Both the position numbers and the translations under genes were made by a program. From Spirochaetia bacterium (GTDB lineage: Bacteria > Spirochaetota > Spirochaetia > CADAEX01): DNA of 64,000 nucleotides. Below are positions 40,169 through 49,192 of the stretch, in pieces. The DNA lies in NCBI GenBank assembly GCA_963662795.1, contig OY759746.1, forward strand, positions 2,784,001-2,848,000. Reading direction: 5' to 3'. Within the stretch, counting starts at the first letter, position 1. The number at the start of each line of letters is the position of its first letter. The notes under the pieces were generated by a model that saw only the letters and a list, made by a program, of their open reading frames with translations, ran no database searches and was not told where the DNA came from.

Positions 40169-41924
40169 GAGGCTGTAGAAAAACCCCGATTTTCAATCTT
40201 CATTTACTTCTCCCATTCTACAAGATCATAAAGTCCATAAGATTGTCTTGTGAGGTCAAAATGTAATCCCTGATTCATTTCATCCTCTATTTTCCCCTAT
40301 GCTTCCGCATACCTCTGTATTTTTCCAATGTTATGCACAATACAGAAAAGCAACCATTGAACATTTACCTTATTCTTACTTCGCAGTGTAAAATAATTTA
40401 ACCCCAGTGTCGATCGGATATTTCCAAACACCGGTTCTACAGTACCCATTCTTTTACTGTAGATACTCCGACCTTCAGGCGCGTCAAAGACTCTCCTCAT
40501 TCGTTCTGTAAATGAGACCTTTTCTTTTCCCCGACTACTATCAAACCTGGTCACCTGTCTGACTTCCGTGCTCTCTTTACGTATACACTTCTTTCTTAGC
40601 GGACAGGTTAAGCAGTTTTCCTTTCTCCCTATGTAGGATGTTCCACTATAGCCAGAGCTTTGAAAGTTCCTGCACTTCAGTTTCATTTCGAAACCAGCTG
40701 GGCACATTAATTTCTTTGTATTTTCATCATAGATAAAATCATCTACTGAGTAATATTTTTTCCCTTTGGCAGGTTCCCAATTCGTGACAGGTTTTTGTTT
40801 ATGTTTCTGGGCTGATGCAAATCTCACATCCCTCTTTCGAAACTGGTTGTCCGCGACAAAGGCTGTCAGGTTATTTTCCACAATCAGCTTCATATTATTA
40901 TCATTATGAAAACCGCTGTCGGCGGTAATCACTGTTTCTTTCAAGATATCTTCCGATGCCTGAATCGATTTAAAATTGTTTTTTATTCCATCCAGAATCT
41001 CGGGGAAATGTTTGGATTCATTGCTGTCGCCAAATGCTTCCGCCCAAACGATTAATTGGTTCTTTTCATCAACCGCCGCAATTCCGTTATAACCCTGGAT
41101 AACTCCATGGGAGGTGGACATCTTCGCGCTTTCATTGTCGGTAATATTGCTTTTTATTGGTTTCCCCTGGCTTCCCATTCTATCGTCATTTGAGTTCAGC
41201 CAGTCATGGATCTTTTGGGATTTAGCTTTCAGTTTCTCTATCGAAGCCTTTTCTTTCTCTTCCTGACTTTGACTATACCGGCTTTTATCTTCCTGTTTAT
41301 GTTTTTCCAACAGGTATTTGATAGATTCCTCTATCTTTCCCGCTTTTTTTAGCAGTTCTTTTTTCGTTCCGCTCCATTCCTTTGAGCAATTGGAAGAAAT
41401 CTTGCAGCCGTCGATGGCAAACATGTTTTTATCGATGACGTTATTGGCGTAACAGACCGAGAGAATCCGGGTAAACAGGGGAGCGATTTCTTTATCCATC
41501 GTAGAAATAAAATCAGCTATGGTGCTAAAGTGCGGCCGGGTATCTGCGGAGAGGGACATGCAAACGACATTTTCCCGACATAATCGGGCAATTCTTCTGC
41601 TGGAAATAATTCCCCGTGAATAAGCAAAAAGAATTATCTTCAGTAAGATCGCCGGATCGTAGGCGGGAGCTCCATTTTCATCATTTTTATGTTTTTCATA
41701 AAACATGGTTAAATCAATTTCCCGGTCAATGAGAAAATTGAGTGTGTGTTCAAAGGTTCCGGGAAGAACCTGCTCGGAAAAATCTATCGGCAGCAGCACT
41801 TTTTGTTCATAAGAATACTCTTTGTATTTACCCATTTTGTAATCTCCCAGTCTGATAGAATTTTATCATGGGAATATCTGGATATAAAGCAATTGTTGAA
41901 AATTTACACTTTATCTACAGCCTC
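40169..41924 (-). mobile_element. IS1182-family insertion sequence, ~1756 bp
   Basis: Terminal IRs GAGGCTGTAGAAAAA / revcomp GAGGCTGTAGATAAA; duplicated target (ATT or CATTG, depending on the end call). Confidence 0.93.
40297..41835 (-). CDS. IS1182-family transposase (intact, 512 aa)
   Basis: GAPAYDPAILLKIILFAYSRGIISSRRI, FAIDGCKI, GYN, ADSGF, C..CPLR..C, YSKRMGTVEPVFGNIR. Confidence 0.95.
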   Translation of the reverse strand: MGKYKEYSYEQKVLLPIDFSEQVLPGTFEHTLNFLIDREIDLTMFYEKHKNDENGAPAYDPAILLKIILFAYSRGIISSRRIARLCRENVVCMSLSADTRPHFSTIADFISTMDKEIAPLFTRILSVCYANNVIDKNMFAIDGCKISSNCSKEWSGTKKELLKKAGKIEESIKYLLEKHKQEDKSRYSQSQEEKEKASIEKLKAKSQKIHDWLNSNDDRMGSQGKPIKSNITDNESAKMSTSHGVIQGYNGIAAVDEKNQLIVWAEAFGDSNESKHFPEILDGIKNNFKSIQASEDILKETVITADSGFHNDNNMKLIVENNLTAFVADNQFRKRDVRFASAQKHKQKPVTNWEPAKGKKYYSVDDFIYDENTKKLMCPAGFEMKLKCRNFQSSGYSGTSYIGRKENCLTCPLRKKCIRKESTEVRQVTRFDSSRGKEKVSFTERMRRVFDAPEGRSIYSKRMGTVEPVFGNIRSTLGLNYFTLRSKNKVNVQWLLFCIVHNIGKIQRYAEA

Positions 41925-42205
41925 ATTGTTGTTTTTTACGAAGGTTTTAAGTTCGCAAAAGCTTCCTGGCTAATACATGAAAGAACATGGAGCAACTTTG
42001 CAATGCCTGTGTATCCTGTAAAAACGATGATACCTTTGGCCGCATTACTACTTTTAATGCAGGGATTTGCAATATTTGTCAGGAGCATCATGATTGTCTC
42101 TACCGGAAATAATTACGAAAGCAGGTATAAGAAAGATGAAATACCGACATGTGTGATTCCTTCAGTGAAAGCAGAAATTGAAAAGAAAAAAGAGGAGAAT
42201 AAAAA

Positions 42206-43537
42206 ATGATCGACATATCACCTGAACTTGTAACAATATTAATGTTTGGAGGTCTCTTTTTTGGTCTTTTCCTTGGTCAGCCGCTGGCGTTTGTTCTTGG
42301 CGGACTTGCCACAATCTTTGCTGTTCTCGGCTGGGGTCCCGGCGCATTGTCTCTCTTTATGTCACGAATAAACGGACTGATGGAAGATTATACCCTTGCC
42401 GCAATCCCTCTTTTTATCCTTATGGCCCAGCTCATGAGCGCCTCCGGTATGGCAGAAGGGCTCTTTAAAACTGCGCAGTATCTCTTCGGACCGATAAGGG
42501 GCGGAATAGCTATTGCAGTTGTAGTTGTATCAACGCTGCTTGCCGCCTGCACAGGTATTACAGGCGCCGCGTGCGTTACGATGGGACTTCTCGGTCTCCC
42601 TATAATGCTTCAGAACGGCTATGACAAAAAACTTGCGTCAGGCAGTATAGTAGGATCATCCGCCCTGGGAATCCTTATACCTCCAAGCATAATGCTTATC
42701 GTAATGGCTGAACAGTCCGGACTGACTGTCGGAAAACTTTTCGCCGGCGCCATTATTCCGGGGCTTATCCTTTCCACATTATATATAACATATATTTTAT
42801 ATCAGTGCTGGAGACATCCCCATAAGGGACCGGCTCTTTCTGCAGAAGAGAGGGCAAAGGTTTCAACAAGGCAGCTGATGAAAATGCTGTCTCTTAATCT
42901 TTTACCGCCGCTGCTTCTGATCCTCTCTGTTCTTGGGGTTCTTTTTGCAGGTATTGCAACCCCTACTGAAGCCTCAGCTTCAGGCTGTTTTTTCGCTTTT
43001 GTACTTTATGTCGCATACGGCAAATTCAATATGAAAAGTTTTATAAAAATAATTTCAGATGCGACAAAAACATCGGCAATGGTGCTTGTTGTTATGATCG
43101 GAGCTACCTGTTTTACAGGCGTATTCATGGGACTGGGTGGAGGAGGCGTTGTTAAGGACTTTATCCTCGGCGCAGGTTTCGGGAAATGGGGTACATTTAT
43201 CATAATGATGCTTATCTGTTTTGTTCTCGGAATGTTCCTTGACTGGATAGCTATTGTTATGATTACATTTCCAATATATCTGCCGATTGCACAGTCGCTA
43301 GGATTTGACATGCTCTGGTTTGTTGTTGCCATTGCTGTTATGCTTCAGGATTCCTTCTGTACACCGCCGTTCGGGTATAATCTCTTTTATCTAAAAGGCT
43401 GTGCCCCGCCTGAGGTTAAAACCAAGGATATATATCTTGGAGCGATCCCGTTCTGGGAGCTTATGGAGCTGGGACTGGTTATTGTCTGTATATTCCCCGC
43501 GACTGTAACATGGCTTCCTTCAATTCTGGTTAAGTAA
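42206..43537 (+). CDS. dctM: TRAP large permease DctM
   Basis: LAAIPLFILM, LGILIPPSI, ATPTEA, TPPFGYNLFYLKG. Confidence 0.95.
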   Translation: MIDISPELVTILMFGGLFFGLFLGQPLAFVLGGLATIFAVLGWGPGALSLFMSRINGLMEDYTLAAIPLFILMAQLMSASGMAEGLFKTAQYLFGPIRGGIAIAVVVVSTLLAACTGITGAACVTMGLLGLPIMLQNGYDKKLASGSIVGSSALGILIPPSIMLIVMAEQSGLTVGKLFAGAIIPGLILSTLYITYILYQCWRHPHKGPALSAEERAKVSTRQLMKMLSLNLLPPLLLILSVLGVLFAGIATPTEASASGCFFAFVLYVAYGKFNMKSFIKIISDATKTSAMVLVVMIGATCFTGVFMGLGGGGVVKDFILGAGFGKWGTFIIMMLICFVLGMFLDWIAIVMITFPIYLPIAQSLGFDMLWFVVAIAVMLQDSFCTPPFGYNLFYLKGCAPPEVKTKDIYLGAIPFWELMELGLVIVCIFPATVTWLPSILVK

Positions 43538-43552
43538 AAAAGGTTGTGTTTT

Positions 43553-44659
43553 ATGGAAATACCTAAAAAATGTAAAGCAGCTGTATTTGAAAAAGTCGGA
43601 AGCAAAATAGAAATCAGGGATTTTGCCCTGCCTGAAAAAATTGATGATAACGCAATGCTCTGCAGAACCTCTTTCAGTACAATATGCGGATCAGACCTTC
43701 ATACCATAACAGGTAAAAGGTCGGAACCTGTTCCGCTAATACTTGGCCACGAGATAACCGGGAAAGTTGTTCAAATGGGTCACAACATTGTAACTGACGG
43801 TTTCGGAAATAAAATTAATATTGGCGACAGGATTTCCTGGACAATTATGGCTTCCTGCGGAAAGTGCTATTACTGTAAAAAAGGACTTCCCCAGAAGTGT
43901 GAGAAGCTTGTTAAATACGGCCACACATCCATAAATAATAATCTGAACTCACCACTGCTCGGAGGATACGGCGAATATGTTTACATTGTGCCGGGTACGG
44001 TAGTTTTTAAAGTACCGGATTCCCTGCCTGATGAGATTGCAGCTCCTGCAAACTGCGCTTTATCAACAGTTATAAATGCTGTCGATACCATCGGCATTGA
44101 AAAGGGCGACTGTGTAATGGTACAGGGGGCAGGGCTGCTTGGTCTTAATGCCTGCGCCCTTTTAAAGGAAGCAGGGGCAAAAGAAATAATAATAGCAGAT
44201 GTAATCGACTCACGGCTTGAGATGGCAAAAGAATTCGGGGCAACGGCTGCAGTCAATACAAAAAACATCGATGACGCACAGCTGAAAAATACAATAGGAG
44301 ATTTAACCGGAGGAATCGGACTTGATGCCGCCATTGAGGTTTGCGGTTTCAATGGAGTTGTGAAAACAGCGGTTGATAATCTTAGAACCGGAGGCAGGTA
44401 TCTGATCGCAGGGCTTGTAACTCCGGGGAGTCTTTTAAATATTGACGGCAATACAATTACGCGTAAATATCTTACCATCAGGGGAATTCATAATTATAAC
44501 CCTGAACATCTTGGCAAGGCGCTTCTTTTTCTGGAAAAAAATATGGAAAAATATCCGTTTAATGAGATTGTCAAAATAAGATTTCCGCTGTCAGGAATAA
44601 ATGATGCAGTTGAAGCTGCAAAAAGCGGTGAATTTATAAGGGTCGGTATTTCTTTTTAA
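43553..44659 (+). CDS. Zn-dependent alcohol dehydrogenase resembling the phosphonate-catabolism-associated clade (TIGR03366, HpnZ-like)
   Basis: TICGSDLHT, ILGHE, CGKCYYC..GLPQKC..L.KYGH, AAPANCAL.TV, QGAGLLG, I.G.HNY. Confidence 0.85.
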   Translation: MEIPKKCKAAVFEKVGSKIEIRDFALPEKIDDNAMLCRTSFSTICGSDLHTITGKRSEPVPLILGHEITGKVVQMGHNIVTDGFGNKINIGDRISWTIMASCGKCYYCKKGLPQKCEKLVKYGHTSINNNLNSPLLGGYGEYVYIVPGTVVFKVPDSLPDEIAAPANCALSTVINAVDTIGIEKGDCVMVQGAGLLGLNACALLKEAGAKEIIIADVIDSRLEMAKEFGATAAVNTKNIDDAQLKNTIGDLTGGIGLDAAIEVCGFNGVVKTAVDNLRTGGRYLIAGLVTPGSLLNIDGNTITRKYLTIRGIHNYNPEHLGKALLFLEKNMEKYPFNEIVKIRFPLSGINDAVEAAKSGEFIRVGISF

Positions 44660-44681
44660 TCCGGAACAAGTGATTGACAGC

Positions 44682-44711
44682 TTACCCTTCCGGATACGGA
44701 AGGGTAATTTT
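44682..44711. terminator. Terminator between convergent ADH and receptor-like gene
   Basis: TTACCCTTCCG-gata-CGGAAGGGTAA-TTTT. Confidence 0.85.
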
Positions 44712-44719
44712 ATATACAT

Positions 44720-46340
44720 TTAATTTCTTCCTTTGTTATCCTTATCCCCTGAAGGGTCCCTGGATTTATCCGGGGGTTTTGTTTCTGTATTTTTGAGTTT
44801 ATATACCGATAACAGCTTTCCAATTGCAATGAGTTCATCTTTATTTGATTTACAATATTCTGTCGTCGTGTCAATGCAGTTATTTATATCATTTGTTGTC
44901 TTCCTGATGTCATAAACATATGAAACAAGAGACTTGAAATAGCTGACAAGCTGTTCCATCTCCATCTTTATTATTTCGGCATTTGTTAAAATCTTTGCTT
45001 TTCTCATTCTTTCCTGCACATGCCTTTTCAATTTCTTCAGACATTTTTAATGAATTGTTTATGCATGTTTCTGCGTGATGAATTTCCTTTTCAATGTTTT
45101 CAAGCGAAGATATATTTTTTGTTATATCAGCTGATGCCATAAGCATCTGATTCGAAAAAGTTGAATTATTTGATGATATTGACTGTTCAGCTTCGATTAT
45201 CCTGATAAATAAATTATTCAGGGATTCTGAAAAAAGATTGAAATTTTCAATCGTTGTCCCTATTTCATCAGATGAGTAGAGCGGAATTTTTTTCTGTAAA
45301 TTACCGCTGCCCTGTGCAACTGAAAACAGATGATCGGATAGTTTTTTTAGTGGAACAAGAGAATCAATTGAAAATTTTACTGCAAAGGGGGTAAATATTG
45401 TTAGAATCAGCGCTGATATCGCAACCATCAGAAAAAATACTTTTCTGAAGGGAGCTACAACCTCGCTTTTGTCTATAAGTGTGTAAAGGTACCAGCCCGT
45501 TCCTTCTGACAGGATCCTGCTGGCAAGATAGATATTGTCTCCGGTATTGATTTCTGTCCAGCTGCTGTCGATTTTCGGCAACTCATGAAATAACTCCGGC
45601 AGATCAGATGAATCAAGGTTTTTGAAACTTGTTTCCGGTTCTTTTGTATTAGCCAGAATTATATTGTCGGCAGTTGAAAGAATGACATAATTGCTGCCGA
45701 TATTCAGATCGCTTAAAATTCTTGTCAAAGTTGAAAGCTCTACATTTGCCGATACCACTCCGTATTCCTGACTGTTGATAAAGTAGGCGTATTGCGCAAC
45801 TGCAAATACAAAAAAATTGGTATCAGAGGACTGGAAAGGGCTTGTAATTGTTGTTCTTCCATTTTTTTCTTTAGCTTCATTATACCATGGCCTTTTTGAC
45901 GGATCATAATAAGGTCTTCTGCTGGAAGGCGGATACATTACAAACTTTCCGGATGCAGTCCCGACATAAACTGCTCCAAAATCAGGATTATTTATATTGA
46001 TCAGTTTCAGATAATCATAAATATTTTTTTCTGTTACTGAATTGTGAAGAGGCATCATGTCTGTCCATTCAGGATTATACTTGTAGGTTATTAATTCCCT
46101 TGTATCGAGTCCGTAAATAATAGGGTTGTTGGCAATTGTATTAACAGTATGTTTTATTTTTTCCATGTATAGTGTAACTGCCTTGTCGAGCAGCAGCATC
46201 TTTTCCATTGTCCTGTCTGTGGATTCCTTGATTATTGTTTTTCCCGCAAACATAAAAAAAATCAGTGAAAGTATAAACAGGGGAATGGTTATTGTTATAA
46301 CTGAGAGTATAGTCAGTCGTTTTTTTATAGGTATGTTCAT
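44720..46340 (-). pseudogene. dCache-HAMP chemoreceptor-like gene, frameshifted near 45000 and lacking the MCP signalling hairpin
   Basis: TM1, YDPSKRPWY dCache motif, TM2, HAMP (GNL...SSDEIG...FN.F), short coiled coil. The C-terminal helix ending ...GKLLSVYKL continues in the +1 frame (ORF 44720-45031). Confidence 0.72.
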
Positions 46341-46426
46341 CCTTGCCGTCCCTTTCTTAATTATATATAGCACATTTTTATGGTGCCATGTTGTTTGCTT
46401 TAGAAAAAAATATTCAAACCAGGCCT

Positions 46427-47362
46427 CTAAAGCAAAATATTGTCCCATTTTGAATTATCAAGAAGTCCTCTTGAATAAAAATTTGACCATTTAAGTACAA
46501 TTTCCCTGAACATATAGAGTGGTTTATTGAAAAATTTATCTTTATGGCTTATCAGGTAATAATTGGTTTTTATGGATTTATCCCTTTCCGGAATAGCGAC
46601 AAGATTCCCTGATGTAATTTCATCGTTTAATATATACTTAGGGGCAATAGCCACTCCGATATTGTTTTTTACATAGTTTTTCAGGGAATGGTAGCTTGAA
46701 ACTTCGCATACAATGTTGGCTGTAATTTCGTTCTGCAGAAGATAATCATCTATCAGCTTCCTTTCCATTGATCCCTTCCCCATTGTTACAAGATTAAGGG
46801 AAGAGATATTTTCCGGTGTGAAATAAATTAATTCTGACAATTGATTTGCTGTACTGGTTACCAGAAAAAGATAATCGTCAAGGATGTTTGTATATACTAT
46901 ATCACTTCCGCCGGATGGATTGTCTGTAAATCCTATATCATACTTCATCATTGACAGTTCATCAGGAATATTCGCAGGAATATCAATATCGATTGTTATT
47001 ACAACATCAGGATACATCTTTTTAAACAAAAGTATCATTTCCGGGAGATAATAGTTTCCAAAGCCTTCTGTTGTAATAATCTTTATATTTCCGCTTTTCT
47101 GGTTCTGATAATCCTTTATGTTTTTATCAATTTCCTTTTCCAGGTCTATAATTTTTTCTGCTATGTTATACAGGATATAGCCTACATCCGTTAATATCAT
47201 CTTTTTCCCGGTTTTATCAAAAAGGACAAGATCAAGGTTTCCCTGAAGTTCCTGCAGCTGCCTTGTCGCTGCAGGCTGTGTTATATCGAGAAACGCTGCA
47301 GCATTTGTAAGACTGCCGAGTTTCGCTGAATAGTAAAATGTTTTTAAATAATTAAGATTCAT
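46427..47362 (-). CDS. LysR family transcriptional regulator
   Basis: MNLNYLKTF...GSLTNAA..L.ITQPAATRQLQEL...L...LFDK.GK...LT..G HTH. Confidence 0.95.
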   Translation of the reverse strand: MNLNYLKTFYYSAKLGSLTNAAAFLDITQPAATRQLQELQGNLDLVLFDKTGKKMILTDVGYILYNIAEKIIDLEKEIDKNIKDYQNQKSGNIKIITTEGFGNYYLPEMILLFKKMYPDVVITIDIDIPANIPDELSMMKYDIGFTDNPSGGSDIVYTNILDDYLFLVTSTANQLSELIYFTPENISSLNLVTMGKGSMERKLIDDYLLQNEITANIVCEVSSYHSLKNYVKNNIGVAIAPKYILNDEITSGNLVAIPERDKSIKTNYYLISHKDKFFNKPLYMFREIVLKWSNFYSRGLLDNSKWDNILL

Positions 47363-47546
47363 ATTAATTATTATTATATAATACTTTACAGATTTTATTA
47401 AACAAAAAATATGCAAGGCTGAAATATAATTTCAGGTGACCCTGATTAAACAATATTCCGGAACAAAATTGTCAGGCAGCTTCTATTGAACAAGAGGAGC
47501 TATCAATTATAGAATATAGACCATATCAGAAATACAGGAGCAAATA

Positions 47547-49184
47547 TTGATCAGTACAGGAAATATAACACTGAAATTCGGAGAAAGGGTTTTATTCAGG
47601 GATGTGAATATTAAATTCATTCCTGGAAACTGCTATGGGCTTATAGGAGCAAACGGAAGCGGAAAATCCACTTTCCTCAAAATATTGTCAGGTGAAATAG
47701 ATTATCACAGCGGGGAAGTAAGCATAACCCCGGGGGAGCGGCTTGCCGTCCTTAAGCAGGATCATTTTGAATTTGATGAATTCACTGTACTTCAGACAGT
47801 GATAATGGGACATAAAAAACTTTATGATATTATGACGGAAAAAGATGCATTATATCTTAAAGAGGATTTTTCAGAAGCTGACGGACTTAAAGCCGCAACG
47901 CTTGAAAACGAATTTGGAGAGATGAACGGCTGGGAAGCGGAATCGGAAGCTGCCACTCTTTTGTCCGGTCTCGGCATACCGGATGAGTTTAATGAAAAAA
48001 AGATGAAAGAGCTCGAAGGGGGAGAAAAGGTAAGGGTGCTTCTTGCGCAGGCGCTGTTCGGCAATCCTGACATCCTTCTTCTTGATGAGCCCACCAACCA
48101 TCTTGATCTTGAATCTATAAACTGGCTTGAGGAATTCCTCCTCAAATTTCAGAATACAGTTATTGTCGTTTCGCATGACAGACACTTTCTTAACAAGGTA
48201 TGCACCCATATAGCTGATATAGATTACGGTAAGGTAAGCCTTTATGTCGGCAACTATGATTTCTGGTATATGGCAAGCCAGCTTTCGGCCCGGCAGAGAA
48301 AAGACGAAAAAAAGCGGCGTGAAGATAAAATAAACGAACTGAAAGAGTTTATCCAGAGGTTCAGCTCAAATGCCTCCAAGGCACGGCAGGCGACATCCAG
48401 AAAAAAGCTTGTTGAGAAACTCACTATTGATGATATGCCTACCACCTCAAGAAAGTTTCCTTATGTCAATTTTAAACCTGACAGGGAATGCGGCAAAAAT
48501 ATTCTTAAAATTACCGGTCTCTCAAAAGCAATAGACGGGGTTCAGGTTCTTAAGGATTTTGACCTCGAAGTACGCGGACATGATAAAATCGCATTTGTAG
48601 GCCCTGATCATCTTGCGAAAACAACACTTTTCGAGATTCTTAACGGTAATCTTGAACCGGACAGCGGCAGTTTTGAATGGGGAATAACCATAAAAACATC
48701 ATATTTCCCGAAAGATAACAGCAGTTTTTTTGATTCTGATCTTAATCTGGTCGACTGGCTGAGGCAGTTTACAAATCCTGATGAGGAAACTGATTTGAGG
48801 GGCTTCCTCGGGCGAATGCTTTTTTCAGGCGATGAAACACAGAAGAAGGTAAGGGTGCTTTCCGGAGGGGAGAAGGTCCGCTGTATGCTCTCAAGGATGA
48901 TGCTTTCCGGGGCAAATGTTCTTATATTTGATGAGCCGACCAACCATCTTGATCTTGAGTCGATATCAGTCCTTAACACAGGGCTTATCGATTTTACCGA
49001 GACAATGCTTTTTACTTCACATGATCATCAGTTTGTAGACACAATAGCGACCAGGATTATAGAATTCTGCCCTGAGTGCAAATATATCGACAAGATGATG
49101 AAATTTGACGATTATCTTGTAAGTGAGGATGTTAAAGCGCTGCGTGACAGTTTCTACCATTCTCATAACAGGCTATCCATCTGA
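47547..49184 (+). CDS. ABC-F family ATPase (YbiT-like)
   Basis: GANGSGKST, two DEPTNHLD motifs, VSHDRHFL, LSGGEK; no TM segments. Confidence 0.93.
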   Translation: MISTGNITLKFGERVLFRDVNIKFIPGNCYGLIGANGSGKSTFLKILSGEIDYHSGEVSITPGERLAVLKQDHFEFDEFTVLQTVIMGHKKLYDIMTEKDALYLKEDFSEADGLKAATLENEFGEMNGWEAESEAATLLSGLGIPDEFNEKKMKELEGGEKVRVLLAQALFGNPDILLLDEPTNHLDLESINWLEEFLLKFQNTVIVVSHDRHFLNKVCTHIADIDYGKVSLYVGNYDFWYMASQLSARQRKDEKKRREDKINELKEFIQRFSSNASKARQATSRKKLVEKLTIDDMPTTSRKFPYVNFKPDRECGKNILKITGLSKAIDGVQVLKDFDLEVRGHDKIAFVGPDHLAKTTLFEILNGNLEPDSGSFEWGITIKTSYFPKDNSSFFDSDLNLVDWLRQFTNPDEETDLRGFLGRMLFSGDETQKKVRVLSGGEKVRCMLSRMMLSGANVLIFDEPTNHLDLESISVLNTGLIDFTETMLFTSHDHQFVDTIATRIIEFCPECKYIDKMMKFDDYLVSEDVKALRDSFYHSHNRLSI

Positions 49185-49192
49185 GCATAAAA

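Larger units (their letters stand above)
39857..42209 (+). pseudogene. dctQ: TRAP small permease DctQ interrupted by IS1182-family element
   Basis: 5' part (YEVVLRYVFNNPTIW, HVSIDL) ends at ...FPFLI (40168) and 3' part resumes VVFYEGF...YPVKTMIP (41928). Joining them gives an in-frame 197-aa DctQ. Confidence 0.93.

Noticed and set aside
40169-40296. IS non-coding end as a guide or bridge RNA
   Set aside because: The transposase is IS1182-type DDE with terminal IRs, not IS110/IS1111 or TnpB, and no convincing structure was seen
46370-46388. TGGCAC...GTGC resembling a sigma54 promoter upstream of the receptor-like gene
   Set aside because: GG to GC spacing is 14 nt rather than the required 10
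46341-46448. N-terminal extension of the receptor-like ORF given in the track
   Set aside because: Overlaps the lysR stop and a promoter-like region; the ATG at 46340 gives a normal receptor N-terminus
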